The notes beneath the pieces were generated by a model that was not told where the DNA came from, searched no databases, and saw only the letters and a list, made by a program, of their open reading frames with translations. This document shows, piece after piece, positions 28,312 through 37,421 of a stretch of DNA of 64,000 bases; position 1 is the first letter of the stretch, and every line of letters starts with the position of its first letter. Where the stretch lies: positions 526 through 64,525 of the IMG/VR virus record IMGVR_UViG_3300034220_000029; one strand, given 5' to 3'. Source of the stretch: a virus. A program made the position numbers and the translations under genes.

Positions 28312-28380
28312 GTGAACTCCAAAAATTCCGCAAAGCGCGGTTGATGGGACCCATTCCTTAAATAGGTCCCGGGGTGCCTG

Positions 28381-28677
28381 TCAAGTGTTGTCGGTTTGCC
28401 TTTCCATCTGCTTGTCGATCCGGGCCCTCAGCTCCCGCAGCTCACCAGTCATGCGACCCTGCGCCTGGCGGTAGTCGTCGATGGTTTCGTCGCGCTCGTC
28501 GATGATTGCCTTCTGGTGGTCCATGAAGTTCAGCGCGGCGTGCCAGACCTTGCTGCCGATCAGCTCCTGAGTCATGGCAGGCCAGGGCTCACCGTGGCGC
28601 AGTGCCTCGACCTGCATGGTGGTGTCGTCACGGATGAAGACGTACTTGCCTTCGCAAAATTCGTAGCGTGTTTTCAT
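28381..28677 (-). CDS. Hypothetical protein
   Basis: 98 aa; start overlaps upstream stop. Confidence 0.75.
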   Translation of the reverse strand: MKTRYEFCEGKYVFIRDDTTMQVEALRHGEPWPAMTQELIGSKVWHAALNFMDHQKAIIDERDETIDDYRQAQGRMTGELRELRARIDKQMERQTDNT

Positions 28678-28913
28678 GGGAATCCTGGGAAAGGGCCGTC
28701 GACGATTTCTACCGTTGTGTCCATCGATTCGACCGAGCCAATGATCTCGACGGACGGCTCAAGCTTGAGCAGCCCTTCGTTGTGGGCGTCAAGCAGTTGC
28801 TCGACGTACTGCTGCTGATCCTCGTCAGCGACGTTGTCGGGGATGGGTATGTGGAAGCGCTCGCGCTCCCACACCGCCTGGATGCGGTCGACGGTGTAGA
28901 GGCGGGCTGTCAA
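28674..28913 (-). CDS. Acidic hypothetical protein
   Basis: GGAG + TTG start at 28913. Confidence 0.65.
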   Translation of the reverse strand: MTARLYTVDRIQAVWERERFHIPIPDNVADEDQQQYVEQLLDAHNEGLLKLEPSVEIIGSVESMDTTVEIVDGPFPGFP

Positions 28914-28914
28914 T

Positions 28915-29370
28915 TCAGCTCCTCGCCAGGTAGGTGACGCCAGCGAACTCGACCTCGCTGTAGTCGGCCTTGATGTTGTCGGCGGTAGCGTCCCAGTCAA
29001 TGACGAGGTAGTTGGGCAGGTCCTGCGGGAGATCGCCGATTTCCTTCAGCAGCTCTTGCGTGTACTCGACGAAGTGGTCCTCGCGGATCAGTGTGGCGCC
29101 GTGTTCCCAGTCGGAGACGTTCGATTGGGCCTCGTCAGCCAGGCCCTGCAGTTTCAGGAACTCTTCGGCTTCCTCGTTCAGGATGTGGCTTGAATCGTCT
29201 GCAACGTGCTGCAGCCAGTCGTCGTAGCTGAGCTGGTTCTTCTCGTCAACGCCCTCGTTGTCGGGGAGTTCGCCGTACGCATCTTCGAGCTCGCTATCGA
29301 GCTCCTCCATGCGGGCGATGACATCCCGGCTGTCAATGATTTGGTCAAATTCATTTACTTCTCGTGCCAT
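28915..29370 (-). CDS. ArdA-like acidic antirestriction/DNA-mimic protein
   Basis: Very Asp/Glu-rich; C-terminal FVEYTQELLKEIGDLPQDLPNYLVIDWDATA resembles the ArdA C-domain. Confidence 0.6.
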   Translation of the reverse strand: MAREVNEFDQIIDSRDVIARMEELDSELEDAYGELPDNEGVDEKNQLSYDDWLQHVADDSSHILNEEAEEFLKLQGLADEAQSNVSDWEHGATLIREDHFVEYTQELLKEIGDLPQDLPNYLVIDWDATADNIKADYSEVEFAGVTYLARS

Positions 29371-29411
29371 GTTGGCCTCCAAAAATTGCCGCAAAGTGCA
29401 GCGGGGTTAAA

Positions 29412-29543
29412 TCAGTCGCAGCTGCCGCCCTCGGTGTCCTCGGGCTTGACGCGGTTGAATTCCGATGCGGGCAGGTGCCCACATTCCATGCCATAGAAAT
29501 ATTCCACGGCGGCCGGCGGAGGGCTTGCCGGCGACTCAGTCAT
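29412..29543 (-). CDS. Small hypothetical peptide (43 aa)
   Basis: Manual translation; start overlaps upstream stop. Confidence 0.45.
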   Translation of the reverse strand: MTESPASPPPAAVEYFYGMECGHLPASEFNRVKPEDTEGGSCD

Positions 29544-29769
29544 TGGTTTTTCTTCCTTGACCATTTGAGATTTCCTTCAGGCGGTTGTGCGCCCACTGGA
29601 CCCCTTCAAAGAGGCCGGCGCTTCGGTGAATGACTTGCCCTCGGCGCTTGATTGCGATGAGGGACTCAGGTGTCGGCTCATACTCAAGGTGGTACGGCCC
29701 CACGATGCAGGCCCGCTGCGAGGCCTGCTCGTCGACTTGCGGCGGTGCTTCAAGTTCGAGGGTAGTCAA
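29536..29769 (-). CDS. Hypothetical protein
   Basis: TTG start overlaps upstream stop. Confidence 0.55.
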   Translation of the reverse strand: MTTLELEAPPQVDEQASQRACIVGPYHLEYEPTPESLIAIKRRGQVIHRSAGLFEGVQWAHNRLKEISNGQGRKTND

Positions 29770-30914
29770 GGCGTCTTCACCCCTTCCTTGAGGGCAGCCA
29801 CAGCTGGGTTGAAGAACTCCGACTCCAGCGCTTCCATCGCATCGTCGGAGCCGATGAAATTCCAGCAGCTGTCGTGGTCGTCGCGCGGAATCCAGCCGAT
29901 GCCGTCGCCGTCCCCAGTCACGTCTGGGTCGAGGTCGAACACCTCGACGACGCAGCCGTAGACGTCGCCGCTGCACCACTTTGCATACTCGCTGCAGACG
30001 GACTCTGCATACTCTTCCGCTGCACGGCGCAGGTCAGACTCGTCGGTGGGCGGATACTCGTTCGCAATATGCAAACGGCATACGCCCCAGCTGCCCCGGA
30101 AGACTTCCACCTCGCCATGAAAGACACCGTAGACGCTGTCGGGGTGAGGCGTCACCTGCCTCATCGAGATGCCCGGCGGGTACGGCGTCAGGTTGTCGAT
30201 GGCGCCCTTGTCTGCCACCCACACCGCGTTGGGGAGGTCGTTGTGGTCACCGTCCCAGTCATGCAGGGAGATGCTCGTCTCGCCGCGGCCGTCGCTGTAG
30301 TGCATCGGGATCACGTAGGGGCCGACGATCTGCCTCCAGTAAACCGTGTAGAGCTGGATCGCCCGCTCCTGTATCGGGTCCCAGAACACGCCGTTCGGGT
30401 CCTCGAGGTCTTGCCACAGCTCGTTGCGGTGAGCGACGAGCGCCTGATCAAGCGTCTCGCCCTCTTCAAGTTCGAGGTCACGGACCTCAAGCCAGTTGCC
30501 GAACAACTCGAAGTCCCCCTCGACCTTGGCAAGCCACTCAAGGGCGGCGATGTCGCGCAGGCAGTGGCTCGCCACCTGTAGACCGCGGTGCCCGATGTAG
30601 GGGTCACACGCAAACAGGTGGTCGATGTCGGGTTGGTCGTAGCTGTCAACACGTAGTGCCCGCCGCAGCTCCGACTCGTCGTCAGTGATGACGCCCTCGT
30701 TGTGGGTGTACAGGTCGCCTTGGCAATCGCCGTCGGTCATCGGGTTGCCACTGCCGTCGTTATCCTGGACCAGGTACGCGATGACGAGATGGTCGCCGAC
30801 GCGCTCGGCCATCATGTTGTCTTCGGAGACCGGCTCGAAGGTCAGGGGTACTTCGACGCCCTCGACCTCGACACTGTGCGTGGTGCGGGTTCGGGTTCGT
30901 GTTCTCAGGTGCAT
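29766..30914 (-). CDS. Large acidic hypothetical protein (382 aa)
   Basis: GGAG RBS; YAKWCSGDVYG...DSCWNFIG pattern. Confidence 0.85.
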   Translation of the reverse strand: MHLRTRTRTRTTHSVEVEGVEVPLTFEPVSEDNMMAERVGDHLVIAYLVQDNDGSGNPMTDGDCQGDLYTHNEGVITDDESELRRALRVDSYDQPDIDHLFACDPYIGHRGLQVASHCLRDIAALEWLAKVEGDFELFGNWLEVRDLELEEGETLDQALVAHRNELWQDLEDPNGVFWDPIQERAIQLYTVYWRQIVGPYVIPMHYSDGRGETSISLHDWDGDHNDLPNAVWVADKGAIDNLTPYPPGISMRQVTPHPDSVYGVFHGEVEVFRGSWGVCRLHIANEYPPTDESDLRRAAEEYAESVCSEYAKWCSGDVYGCVVEVFDLDPDVTGDGDGIGWIPRDDHDSCWNFIGSDDAMEALESEFFNPAVAALKEGVKTP

Positions 30915-30925
30915 GGCGGCTCCAG

Positions 30926-31222
30926 TTAAACGCTGAAGCGTGGTGAGAAGAGGTTGGTCATGTGCCCAGTGCTGCGGTCGATGCGGTTGCAGATGCCTGC
31001 AACGTCGTGGGCGAAGTTGAAGCCGTCAGCATCGAGCAGCTGCTGCAGCTTCAACGGGTTGCCGTTGGCGTGGCATGCCGTGATGTCCATCTGCATGCCC
31101 AGGACGTCGGTGAAGCCGCTGTCGGGGAACTCCTTCATGAAGCGTTGGACGATCTGGTCGATGAGGGCGGAGTCGGCGGGGCAGACTCGGAAGGAAACTC
31201 GTTCTTTGCGTGCGGTGGTCAT
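30926..31222 (-). CDS. Conserved small phage protein
   Basis: MDITACHANGNPLKLQQLLDADGFNFAHDVAGI pattern. Confidence 0.8.
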   Translation of the reverse strand: MTTARKERVSFRVCPADSALIDQIVQRFMKEFPDSGFTDVLGMQMDITACHANGNPLKLQQLLDADGFNFAHDVAGICNRIDRSTGHMTNLFSPRFSV

Positions 31223-31242
31223 GTGTGGTCCTTGGTAATGAA

Positions 31243-32637
31243 TCAACCTACCGCCCGGTCAAGCCTGTACCCGGCGGTGGTGGCGATGCCAGCCACATCG
31301 ACGTTGCGCAGGCATTGCCCGACGCGCTTCATCAAGGCGATGACCATGCCGGGTGCAACGCCCTGGCCAAGCGCGATGTGCTTGTCGGTGTTGGACATGC
31401 CGGCGACCAGCGCCGGGTTGACACCCTTGATCCGTGCATGCTCGTCGCCGCTGAAGAGGCGCAGCAGGTTGGGGTCAGTCGGGTGCTTGAGCAGCGGGTC
31501 GGTCGAGCCGCCCTTGTGATAGCCCTTGCGCAGCGTCGGGACCTTGGTGGAAGTGGGGTCGACGATCTGCATCTGGAAGCCCTTGCCGGCTGCCTTGTCG
31601 GTCACAGCCTTGTCCTTGAGGTACTGGAAGGTGCCCCAGTGGTGGTCGCCGTGCCGGTCGAGGATGTCAGCCACGGTGCGAACTGGGCGCACAGCTGGAG
31701 CCAGGCCAGCAAGGTCCAGCGTGATGCCGCGGGTGACGGCCACGAGGAACCAGCGGATGCGCTTTTCGAGGGCGCCGAAGTCCTGCGAGTCCAGCACCAC
31801 TTCGTGGGTCGAGTAGCCCATGTCGCGCAGCTGCTGGCGGATGATCGATGCCGAGGCGGAGGTGGCGTACTCAGGGACGTTCTCCAGCAGCACCACACCG
31901 GGCTGAAACTTCTGGACGAACGTCAGGAAGGCGTGGGCAAGGTGGCCGACCTCGGGGTGGTCTTCCATCATGGCGATCCCGTGCTTGGATTTGCCGGCCT
32001 TGCTGGCGCCGCTGCAGGGGATGCCAGCCACCAGCACGTCGGCGTAGGGAAGGGAGGCCATCAGCGCCTCGTCCTGGATCGCTTCCTGCATCGGTGCTGC
32101 GATCGTCATCGTTGTCGGGGTGATGGCGTCGTTGGCGGAGCTGGCATGCTCCAGCAGGTCGGCGTCAATCTCGTTGACGACCACGGCATGCGCGGCGATC
32201 CCGACCTGAGCCAGACCGGCGTGGGCGGCGTTGTCGAGGATGCCGGCGCCGAAGGCCAGGCCCGCCACCGTCAGGGCCGCACCGCTCAAACCGGTGCGCA
32301 AACGTGCGAGGCGGGTCGTGGCGGCCTTTTCGGAGGCCAGCTGGGAGATCAGGATCTCGCCGTCGTTGAATTCGACCTTGACGGCCTCCATGCCCTTGAA
32401 GGCGCCGAGCACCAGGTCGGAGTTCAGATCGATCACCGGGACCGACTTGGCACCCTCACCCTTGCCGGACACAAGGAATCCGCCCTCAGGGTTGCTGTAC
32501 AGGCGCACAGCGTCTTCCTTGACGTCGATGGAGTAGCGGTCGCCCCGCTTGAATCCGCAGCCTGCAAGGCGTTGGGTCTGGAAGTAAAGGCGTGGCCGGC
32601 CGCGGTGCGACCCGACCTGTTTGGTCTCGTAGTGCAT
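31243..32637 (-). CDS. DNA cytosine-C5 methyltransferase with extra N-terminal domain
   Basis: AFGAGIL (motif I), GIPC (IV), LENV (VI), RIRWF (VIII), LGQGV (X). Confidence 0.9.
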   Translation of the reverse strand: MHYETKQVGSHRGRPRLYFQTQRLAGCGFKRGDRYSIDVKEDAVRLYSNPEGGFLVSGKGEGAKSVPVIDLNSDLVLGAFKGMEAVKVEFNDGEILISQLASEKAATTRLARLRTGLSGAALTVAGLAFGAGILDNAAHAGLAQVGIAAHAVVVNEIDADLLEHASSANDAITPTTMTIAAPMQEAIQDEALMASLPYADVLVAGIPCSGASKAGKSKHGIAMMEDHPEVGHLAHAFLTFVQKFQPGVVLLENVPEYATSASASIIRQQLRDMGYSTHEVVLDSQDFGALEKRIRWFLVAVTRGITLDLAGLAPAVRPVRTVADILDRHGDHHWGTFQYLKDKAVTDKAAGKGFQMQIVDPTSTKVPTLRKGYHKGGSTDPLLKHPTDPNLLRLFSGDEHARIKGVNPALVAGMSNTDKHIALGQGVAPGMVIALMKRVGQCLRNVDVAGIATTAGYRLDRAVG

Positions 32638-32686
32638 AGGACTCCAAAAGCTGCCGCAAAGCGCGGCGGGTTGTGTGATGGGCTGC

Positions 32687-32959
32687 TCAGTGATGCGAGA
32701 TCGGTGGGCGCGAGCTGCCCCAGCTCGACGAGGGCGGGGCGACAGGCGGGGTCACTGGCTCAGGCATCGGGCCGCGCAGACGCTTGACCCGCGCAGCCTG
32801 ATACCGAACCTGGGCCCTGGCCAAGTCGAGGGAGTCGAGGGCTTCCAGCTCGGCGACCAGGGCGGCTTGCAACTTGCGATCCCGCGCTTGCTCCTGGGTC
32901 AGTGGCCGCCACACTTCGAGGAAGGGCTGGATCAGTTTTCGTTGGAGGTAGTTAAGCAT
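32687..32959 (-). CDS. Hypothetical protein
   Basis: Coupled ORF. Confidence 0.6.
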   Translation of the reverse strand: MLNYLQRKLIQPFLEVWRPLTQEQARDRKLQAALVAELEALDSLDLARAQVRYQAARVKRLRGPMPEPVTPPVAPPSSSWGSSRPPISHH

Positions 32960-33227
32960 TGTCTGGATACTCCTGGGGAAGGTCGGGTCTCACGCATTCG
33001 ACGGCTGCGTCACGGCCAGTGGCCAGCAGCAGCAGAACGCCGGGGTTGAGTTGTTGGTTCGGAGCTACTAGCTCCAGTGCACCCATCGCGCCGATGAAGA
33101 AGTGCAGTTGCGCCTCGGCGTGTTTTTTGGTGCCGGGCTTGAGGCCTTGGGCTTCCCTCCGGCCTTTCCACTTCAGCGCGAGGCGGTGAAGCAAAATGGC
33201 GTGGGCTGTGTGACTGTGGGCGATCAT
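32952..33227 (-). CDS. Hypothetical protein
   Basis: Coupled ORF. Confidence 0.7.
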   Translation of the reverse strand: MIAHSHTAHAILLHRLALKWKGRREAQGLKPGTKKHAEAQLHFFIGAMGALELVAPNQQLNPGVLLLLATGRDAAVECVRPDLPQEYPDNA

Positions 33228-33718
33228 TCCTGATACCTCCAGTCAGCCGGCACGTCGTACGCTGTGACGTCGCCGTCGCAGGTGTCGATGATCCCGGCGT
33301 TGGGCACGCAGGGTGATGCGCGGCGGGCTTTGTCCGTGGAGAACGGAGACATCAAGATGAAGAAGTGCAGGGCGCCACCCATCCAGCTCGATTGGTACTG
33401 CACCGGGTTGGGCGGGTAGCCCTCGATCTCGATCTCGCCCGCCGTGATGGCGCTGTCGCATTCCCATTCGTCGCCGAACTCCTCGGTGGCCGCGTCCTCG
33501 TCCAGCGCACCGTTGCCGTCGAGCAGCCGCTCGGGTACGAAGTCGCCGTTGTCAATGTCGGCCCGGAGCTCTGTGAGGAACTCCTGGAGGCCTTCGACGT
33601 AGCTCAAGTCTCGCGCATGGCTCCCGTACAGCAGTGTTTCCACGATGTCCGGGTCCAGGCTGGCCGCGCTGATGTAGCCGTAGGCGATGCCGCTGTCGGG
33701 GTTGACGTTGGGAGTCAT
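33224..33718 (-). CDS. Acidic hypothetical protein
   Basis: NVNPDSGIAYGYI...SPCVPNAG pattern; coupled. Confidence 0.8.
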   Translation of the reverse strand: MTPNVNPDSGIAYGYISAASLDPDIVETLLYGSHARDLSYVEGLQEFLTELRADIDNGDFVPERLLDGNGALDEDAATEEFGDEWECDSAITAGEIEIEGYPPNPVQYQSSWMGGALHFFILMSPFSTDKARRASPCVPNAGIIDTCDGDVTAYDVPADWRYQE

Positions 33719-33960
33719 GAAATCTCCCCGCGGCAGTCGCCGCAGTGTGTGTGCAGTTCCGCATCCGTCGTGAACAGTGGGTGAATTAAGTTGCCCTCGC
33801 GGTCAACGAGGTCGTACTCCACGCCTTGGTCGTCCTTGCAGGACTCACCCATGGCGTAGGGGTGGTTGTGGTCGAGCTTCATCCGCTGCGTTGCCTTCTG
33901 GGTACAGGGCACGCAGTGGGCATCCGCCTCGAAGGCGTAGCCGTAGATGCGGTCGGTCAT
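33715..33960 (-). CDS. Small Cys/His-containing protein
   Basis: HCVPC...HCGDC; coupled. Confidence 0.75.
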   Translation of the reverse strand: MTDRIYGYAFEADAHCVPCTQKATQRMKLDHNHPYAMGESCKDDQGVEYDLVDREGNLIHPLFTTDAELHTHCGDCRGEIS

Positions 33961-34139
33961 GCCGGCTCCAGCTCAGGCACAGGCTCCGCCACCGTCTCGC
34001 GCTCGAAGATGAGTGCAAGCACCGGGCCGGTCGGCTTGGGCGTTTCTTCGAGCACCATGTTGATGGCCTCGACGTGATCCTCGCAGTCGATCTCGTAGCG
34101 GGCAAGCTTGCCGGCCACCCTGCCGAAAACCGAGATCAT
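33957..34139 (-). CDS. Hypothetical protein
   Basis: Coupled 60-aa ORF. Confidence 0.7.
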   Translation of the reverse strand: MISVFGRVAGKLARYEIDCEDHVEAINMVLEETPKPTGPVLALIFERETVAEPVPELEPA

Positions 34140-34477
34140 GCTTTCACCTTATAGCCATACGCACCCATCAGCAGGTTGCCGGCATGGACCCAGGCCTCGG
34201 TGATCAAGTCCCTTGTGAAATCGCACTCGATGTCAAACTCGAAGCCCATGAAGCTTGACGCCAGCGCGTTGAGCATCAGCTGGTTGGCATCGACGAAATC
34301 GTGCAGGTAGTCGATCCCCTCACCGGGTTCGCGCAGCGAATTCTTCAGCACGCACAAGTCAAGCTGGGCGACGCTGAGGCCTGTGGTCAGTTCCACAAGG
34401 AAGTTGGCCGACACGGTGGCGACAGCGTGCTTGCGCATGACCGCCGGGTGTTGTTTGACGTCTTCGAGGTTCATCAT
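34136..34477 (-). CDS. Hypothetical protein
   Basis: ATG at 34477 overlaps upstream stop. Confidence 0.7.
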   Translation of the reverse strand: MMNLEDVKQHPAVMRKHAVATVSANFLVELTTGLSVAQLDLCVLKNSLREPGEGIDYLHDFVDANQLMLNALASSFMGFEFDIECDFTRDLITEAWVHAGNLLMGAYGYKVKA

Positions 34478-34788
34478 TGAGTGACCTTGTCTTTGAGGTA
34501 GAGGCGGACTTGGCTCAGGCGGTACAGGTTGCAGCCGCCGCTGTTGGAGCGAAGGGCGGGTGCCGGTGAGGCCAGGCCCACGGAGTTTTTGCCGCGCAGC
34601 TTGCCGCGCAGCGTGTTCGGTTTCATGCCGAGGCGGTCTTCGCATTCAGCGAGCGAGTACAGTGGCTCCTTCGGCCTCGCTGTCGGGGACGGCTTCGGAG
34701 GCTGCGAGAACCGGTGGGCGATGCACGGCTCGCTGGGGTAGTGCGGTGGGTTCGGGAAAACCGTGCTAGGGCTATGCAGCATGGGCAA
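34474..34788 (-). CDS. Putative HTH DNA-binding protein
   Basis: YSLAECEDRLGMKPNTLRGKL resembles an HTH. Confidence 0.55.
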   Translation of the reverse strand: MPMLHSPSTVFPNPPHYPSEPCIAHRFSQPPKPSPTARPKEPLYSLAECEDRLGMKPNTLRGKLRGKNSVGLASPAPALRSNSGGCNLYRLSQVRLYLKDKVTQ

Positions 34789-35104
34789 CCTCCAGCTTCC
34801 CGACCGTGATCAGGTGCGTGCGCAGCGCGTTGGTGGCGGCGGCGTAGCAGCTGTGCGAATGGAACTCGCCGACGGTCTGGATGTTGCCGTTGTCGGGGTC
34901 CTGGCGCCGCACGCTGAAGCCGACCACGCCCGAAGGGTTGGTCTCTTGCGTGACGAAGTAGTTGCCGTGGTCAGTCTTCACGCCGACGCCGGGCAGCACT
35001 GTGCGGAAGAACACGAGTGTTTCGGTGTCGAACCAGTGGCGGAACTCGCCGGGGCGGTACAGCCGCTTGATCTCGGCCATGGAAATGGCGGGGTATCCAA
35101 GCAT
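34772..35104 (-). CDS. Conserved phage hypothetical protein
   Basis: Hairpin + GGAG RBS; HWFDTETLVFF...YFVTQE pattern. Confidence 0.8.
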   Translation of the reverse strand: MLGYPAISMAEIKRLYRPGEFRHWFDTETLVFFRTVLPGVGVKTDHGNYFVTQETNPSGVVGFSVRRQDPDNGNIQTVGEFHSHSCYAAATNALRTHLITVGKLEVAHAA

Positions 35105-35173
35105 GTTGATCTCCTAAGGTTGCCCAAAGCGGGCGGTGTTCACGAAAGGTGAACGGGTGGGTTTGCTGAACGG

Positions 35174-35530
35174 TTACAGGTACGCGGGGTATTGCTCGAT
35201 GACCCTCCTCACGAACGTGCGGTGGATCGCCGCCTTCATTTCCGCGTCGGCCGGCAGGCCCCACTTCATCACGTTGTAGAGGTAGATGAAGCGGACATCA
35301 TCGTCCCCGGGGTCGTCGCCTTCGTCGCGCTCGGCAGTGATGTCCACCCAGCGGTACGCGTCGCTGAAGCACATTCGCGCCAGCTGGCAGCTGGTGCTCT
35401 CCTTGCGTCGCTGATTGCTGGGTCGCTCACGCACCCAGCCGTCGACGTTGTAGTCGGATTCGAGCTGGGCGTGGGCCTGGCAGATGTCGAAGACGCTGAC
35501 GGGGTTGCCGTCGATCTTGAGGTAGTTCAC
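35174..35530 (-). CDS. Hypothetical protein
   Basis: GTG start just after upstream stop. Confidence 0.75.
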   Translation of the reverse strand: MNYLKIDGNPVSVFDICQAHAQLESDYNVDGWVRERPSNQRRKESTSCQLARMCFSDAYRWVDITAERDEGDDPGDDDVRFIYLYNVMKWGLPADAEMKAAIHRTFVRRVIEQYPAYL

Positions 35531-35531
35531 G

Positions 35532-35906
35532 TCAGTGTTCCGTGATCAGGATCAACGCGAACCTCACCGACTCGTTGGCCAGCATGAAGTCGAACTTGCC
35601 GTCGGGCATGTCGGTGTAGGCAAGCTCGTGCTTCCAGACTGGGGGCGCATCATCTTCAAGCGTGAGCTCGACGTGCCCCTTGTTGTCCTTCACGATCAGC
35701 GAGACGATGCCTTGCGTGGCACCGGTCTCAATCATCACGGCCGGCAGCTCGGTCGCCAGCATGTCAATCAGCCAGTAGCAGCCCGCTTCTGCACAGTCCT
35801 TGACGCCGTCGCTGTACTCGAAGCGCGGGTCATACCAATGTGAGTAAAACGCGTTCGCGCCGTTGCGGCTCTCGTTGAATGCCGCGTTGAATGCCTGGAT
35901 GTTCAT
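35532..35906 (-). CDS. DUF6876-like protein
   Basis: YSDGV...AGCYWLID...YTDMP pattern (family name from memory). Confidence 0.7.
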   Translation of the reverse strand: MNIQAFNAAFNESRNGANAFYSHWYDPRFEYSDGVKDCAEAGCYWLIDMLATELPAVMIETGATQGIVSLIVKDNKGHVELTLEDDAPPVWKHELAYTDMPDGKFDFMLANESVRFALILITEH

Positions 35907-36517
35907 GTTGGTTCCTTGATGTCGTTGTGTTCGCCGTGTATGACCATGATCACTTCGTAATCAAGGTGCTCGTCACCCACTGGAGGGTTGTCTTCCAGAT
36001 CATCACGTTCGTCTGGGCTCATCGCGGCTACATACGCTTCGGACTGCGCCATCGTCTGGGCCTCGAGCACCGTTCGCGCCTCGACGGTTGCCATGTACGT
36101 GTCAGTGCCGAAGTTGTCGGTGACGTGCTCGGGGTAGAGGACCAGCACGGTGAACTTGCGCATGCCGTTGGGGAGCTTCCCCTCAAGTGCCGCGAGCCTC
36201 GCCTGCAGAACGCGGTACGGCGGGTTGGCCGCGGCCTCAGCCATCGCCTCCGCTGCCTCGGCCTGGGCGTCCTCGATCGTGCCGAAGTACATGCTGACGC
36301 TGGCTGATGCCTTGCTGCCGTCGTGGTAGCGCACGCTGATCGAGCCCCATGTGCCCCCGGGACTTATCATGTGCTCGGTCACCGTCAACGGGTGGATGTC
36401 GACCCTGAGGAGGACGCTGTCGGGGTCCCCGTTCTCCCAGATGTAGTCGAGGTCGTAGGCGGTGAAGGGGAGCTTCTGCTGAACCAGAAACTCGTGGGTC
36501 ATTGCGCGTGATTTCAT
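35903..36517 (-). CDS. Hypothetical protein (204 aa)
   Basis: Coupled ORF. Confidence 0.75.
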   Translation of the reverse strand: MKSRAMTHEFLVQQKLPFTAYDLDYIWENGDPDSVLLRVDIHPLTVTEHMISPGGTWGSISVRYHDGSKASASVSMYFGTIEDAQAEAAEAMAEAAANPPYRVLQARLAALEGKLPNGMRKFTVLVLYPEHVTDNFGTDTYMATVEARTVLEAQTMAQSEAYVAAMSPDERDDLEDNPPVGDEHLDYEVIMVIHGEHNDIKEPT

Positions 36518-36864
36518 CGGTCGTCCTTGTGCTCGTTGATGGTGGCCTTGAACAGATGCTTCAGCTTCTCGATGTCTGGCCTGTCATAGAGTCGGTTGGT
36601 GTGACCGCAGTGTGGGCACTTGAAACGGCCTTCGCCGCTGTGCCAGGTGTCGCCACCCATGCAGCCGTGAGGCTGTTCGTACCAGTGGGTCTGGATGTAG
36701 TCCAGGTCCTTGATTTGCATGCCCATGCCGCAACCCTTGCCGAAGTTGTTGCTGGTGCACTGCACGAGGGTCCGGCTCAGCATTTCGCTGATGGCCTTCT
36801 GGGTCGCGCTCAGTTCAAGCTTCTTGGCCGTCTCCTCCGCGCGGAGGTCTTCGAGTGTTTTCAT
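36514..36864 (-). CDS. Zn-ribbon hypothetical protein
   Basis: HGCMGGDTW...CPHCG; flanked by 17-bp direct repeats. Confidence 0.8.
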   Translation of the reverse strand: MKTLEDLRAEETAKKLELSATQKAISEMLSRTLVQCTSNNFGKGCGMGMQIKDLDYIQTHWYEQPHGCMGGDTWHSGEGRFKCPHCGHTNRLYDRPDIEKLKHLFKATINEHKDDR

Positions 36865-36890
36865 CGGTCGTCCTTCATGTTGTCTCCGTG

Positions 36891-37409
36891 CTAGTCTTCA
36901 TCGGTAACGTCAGCGAACTGCCCAACGAACGCGTCCACTTTCGCCGTGAGGCTCTTGTGAGCCGCCTCGACCTCTGTGAGCCTGCGCTGGTAGTACGTCA
37001 GCGCTTCGACGAACGCATCGGTGCTGCTCTTCGCCTTCATGGCGAGGTTCATGCCGCGGGTCTCGTCGTAAAGCCAGAAGCCGTTCGTACAGTTGGAGAG
37101 GGTGAGGGTCTCGCTCAGCTTCTCGTGCGTCTCCAACAGCTTGCGCGGCGGCTCAGGCTCAGGCACCGGCAGGGTCTCGGGCAGGGCGAACTCGCCGCCG
37201 TGCAGCTTGGCGTGCTCGTACAGCGCGCGGCCTTCCTTCGTGGGCACCCAGATGCGGTTGCCGTGATAGCCCGGCTCATCGCGCTTCTGCCAGTAGCACG
37301 CCGCCAGGAAGGTGAACTTCGACGCCATGCTGTAACGGTCAAGCAGCCAGTGCAGCACTGGCTGGTGCTCAGGTGCTGCGTACTTCGTGATCTCGTCGCG
37401 GGTTTTCAT
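36891..37409 (-). CDS. Hypothetical protein
   Basis: SD AAGGA + ATG. Confidence 0.75.
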   Translation of the reverse strand: MKTRDEITKYAAPEHQPVLHWLLDRYSMASKFTFLAACYWQKRDEPGYHGNRIWVPTKEGRALYEHAKLHGGEFALPETLPVPEPEPPRKLLETHEKLSETLTLSNCTNGFWLYDETRGMNLAMKAKSSTDAFVEALTYYQRRLTEVEAAHKSLTAKVDAFVGQFADVTDED

Positions 37410-37421
37410 ATCAACTTCCTT

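Noticed and set aside
27386-31260. 14-bp exact repeat CCTACCGCCCGGTC at 27386 and 31247
   Set aside because: Chance 14-mer matches are expected in a GC-rich 64 kb; contexts differ (terminator arm vs coding end).
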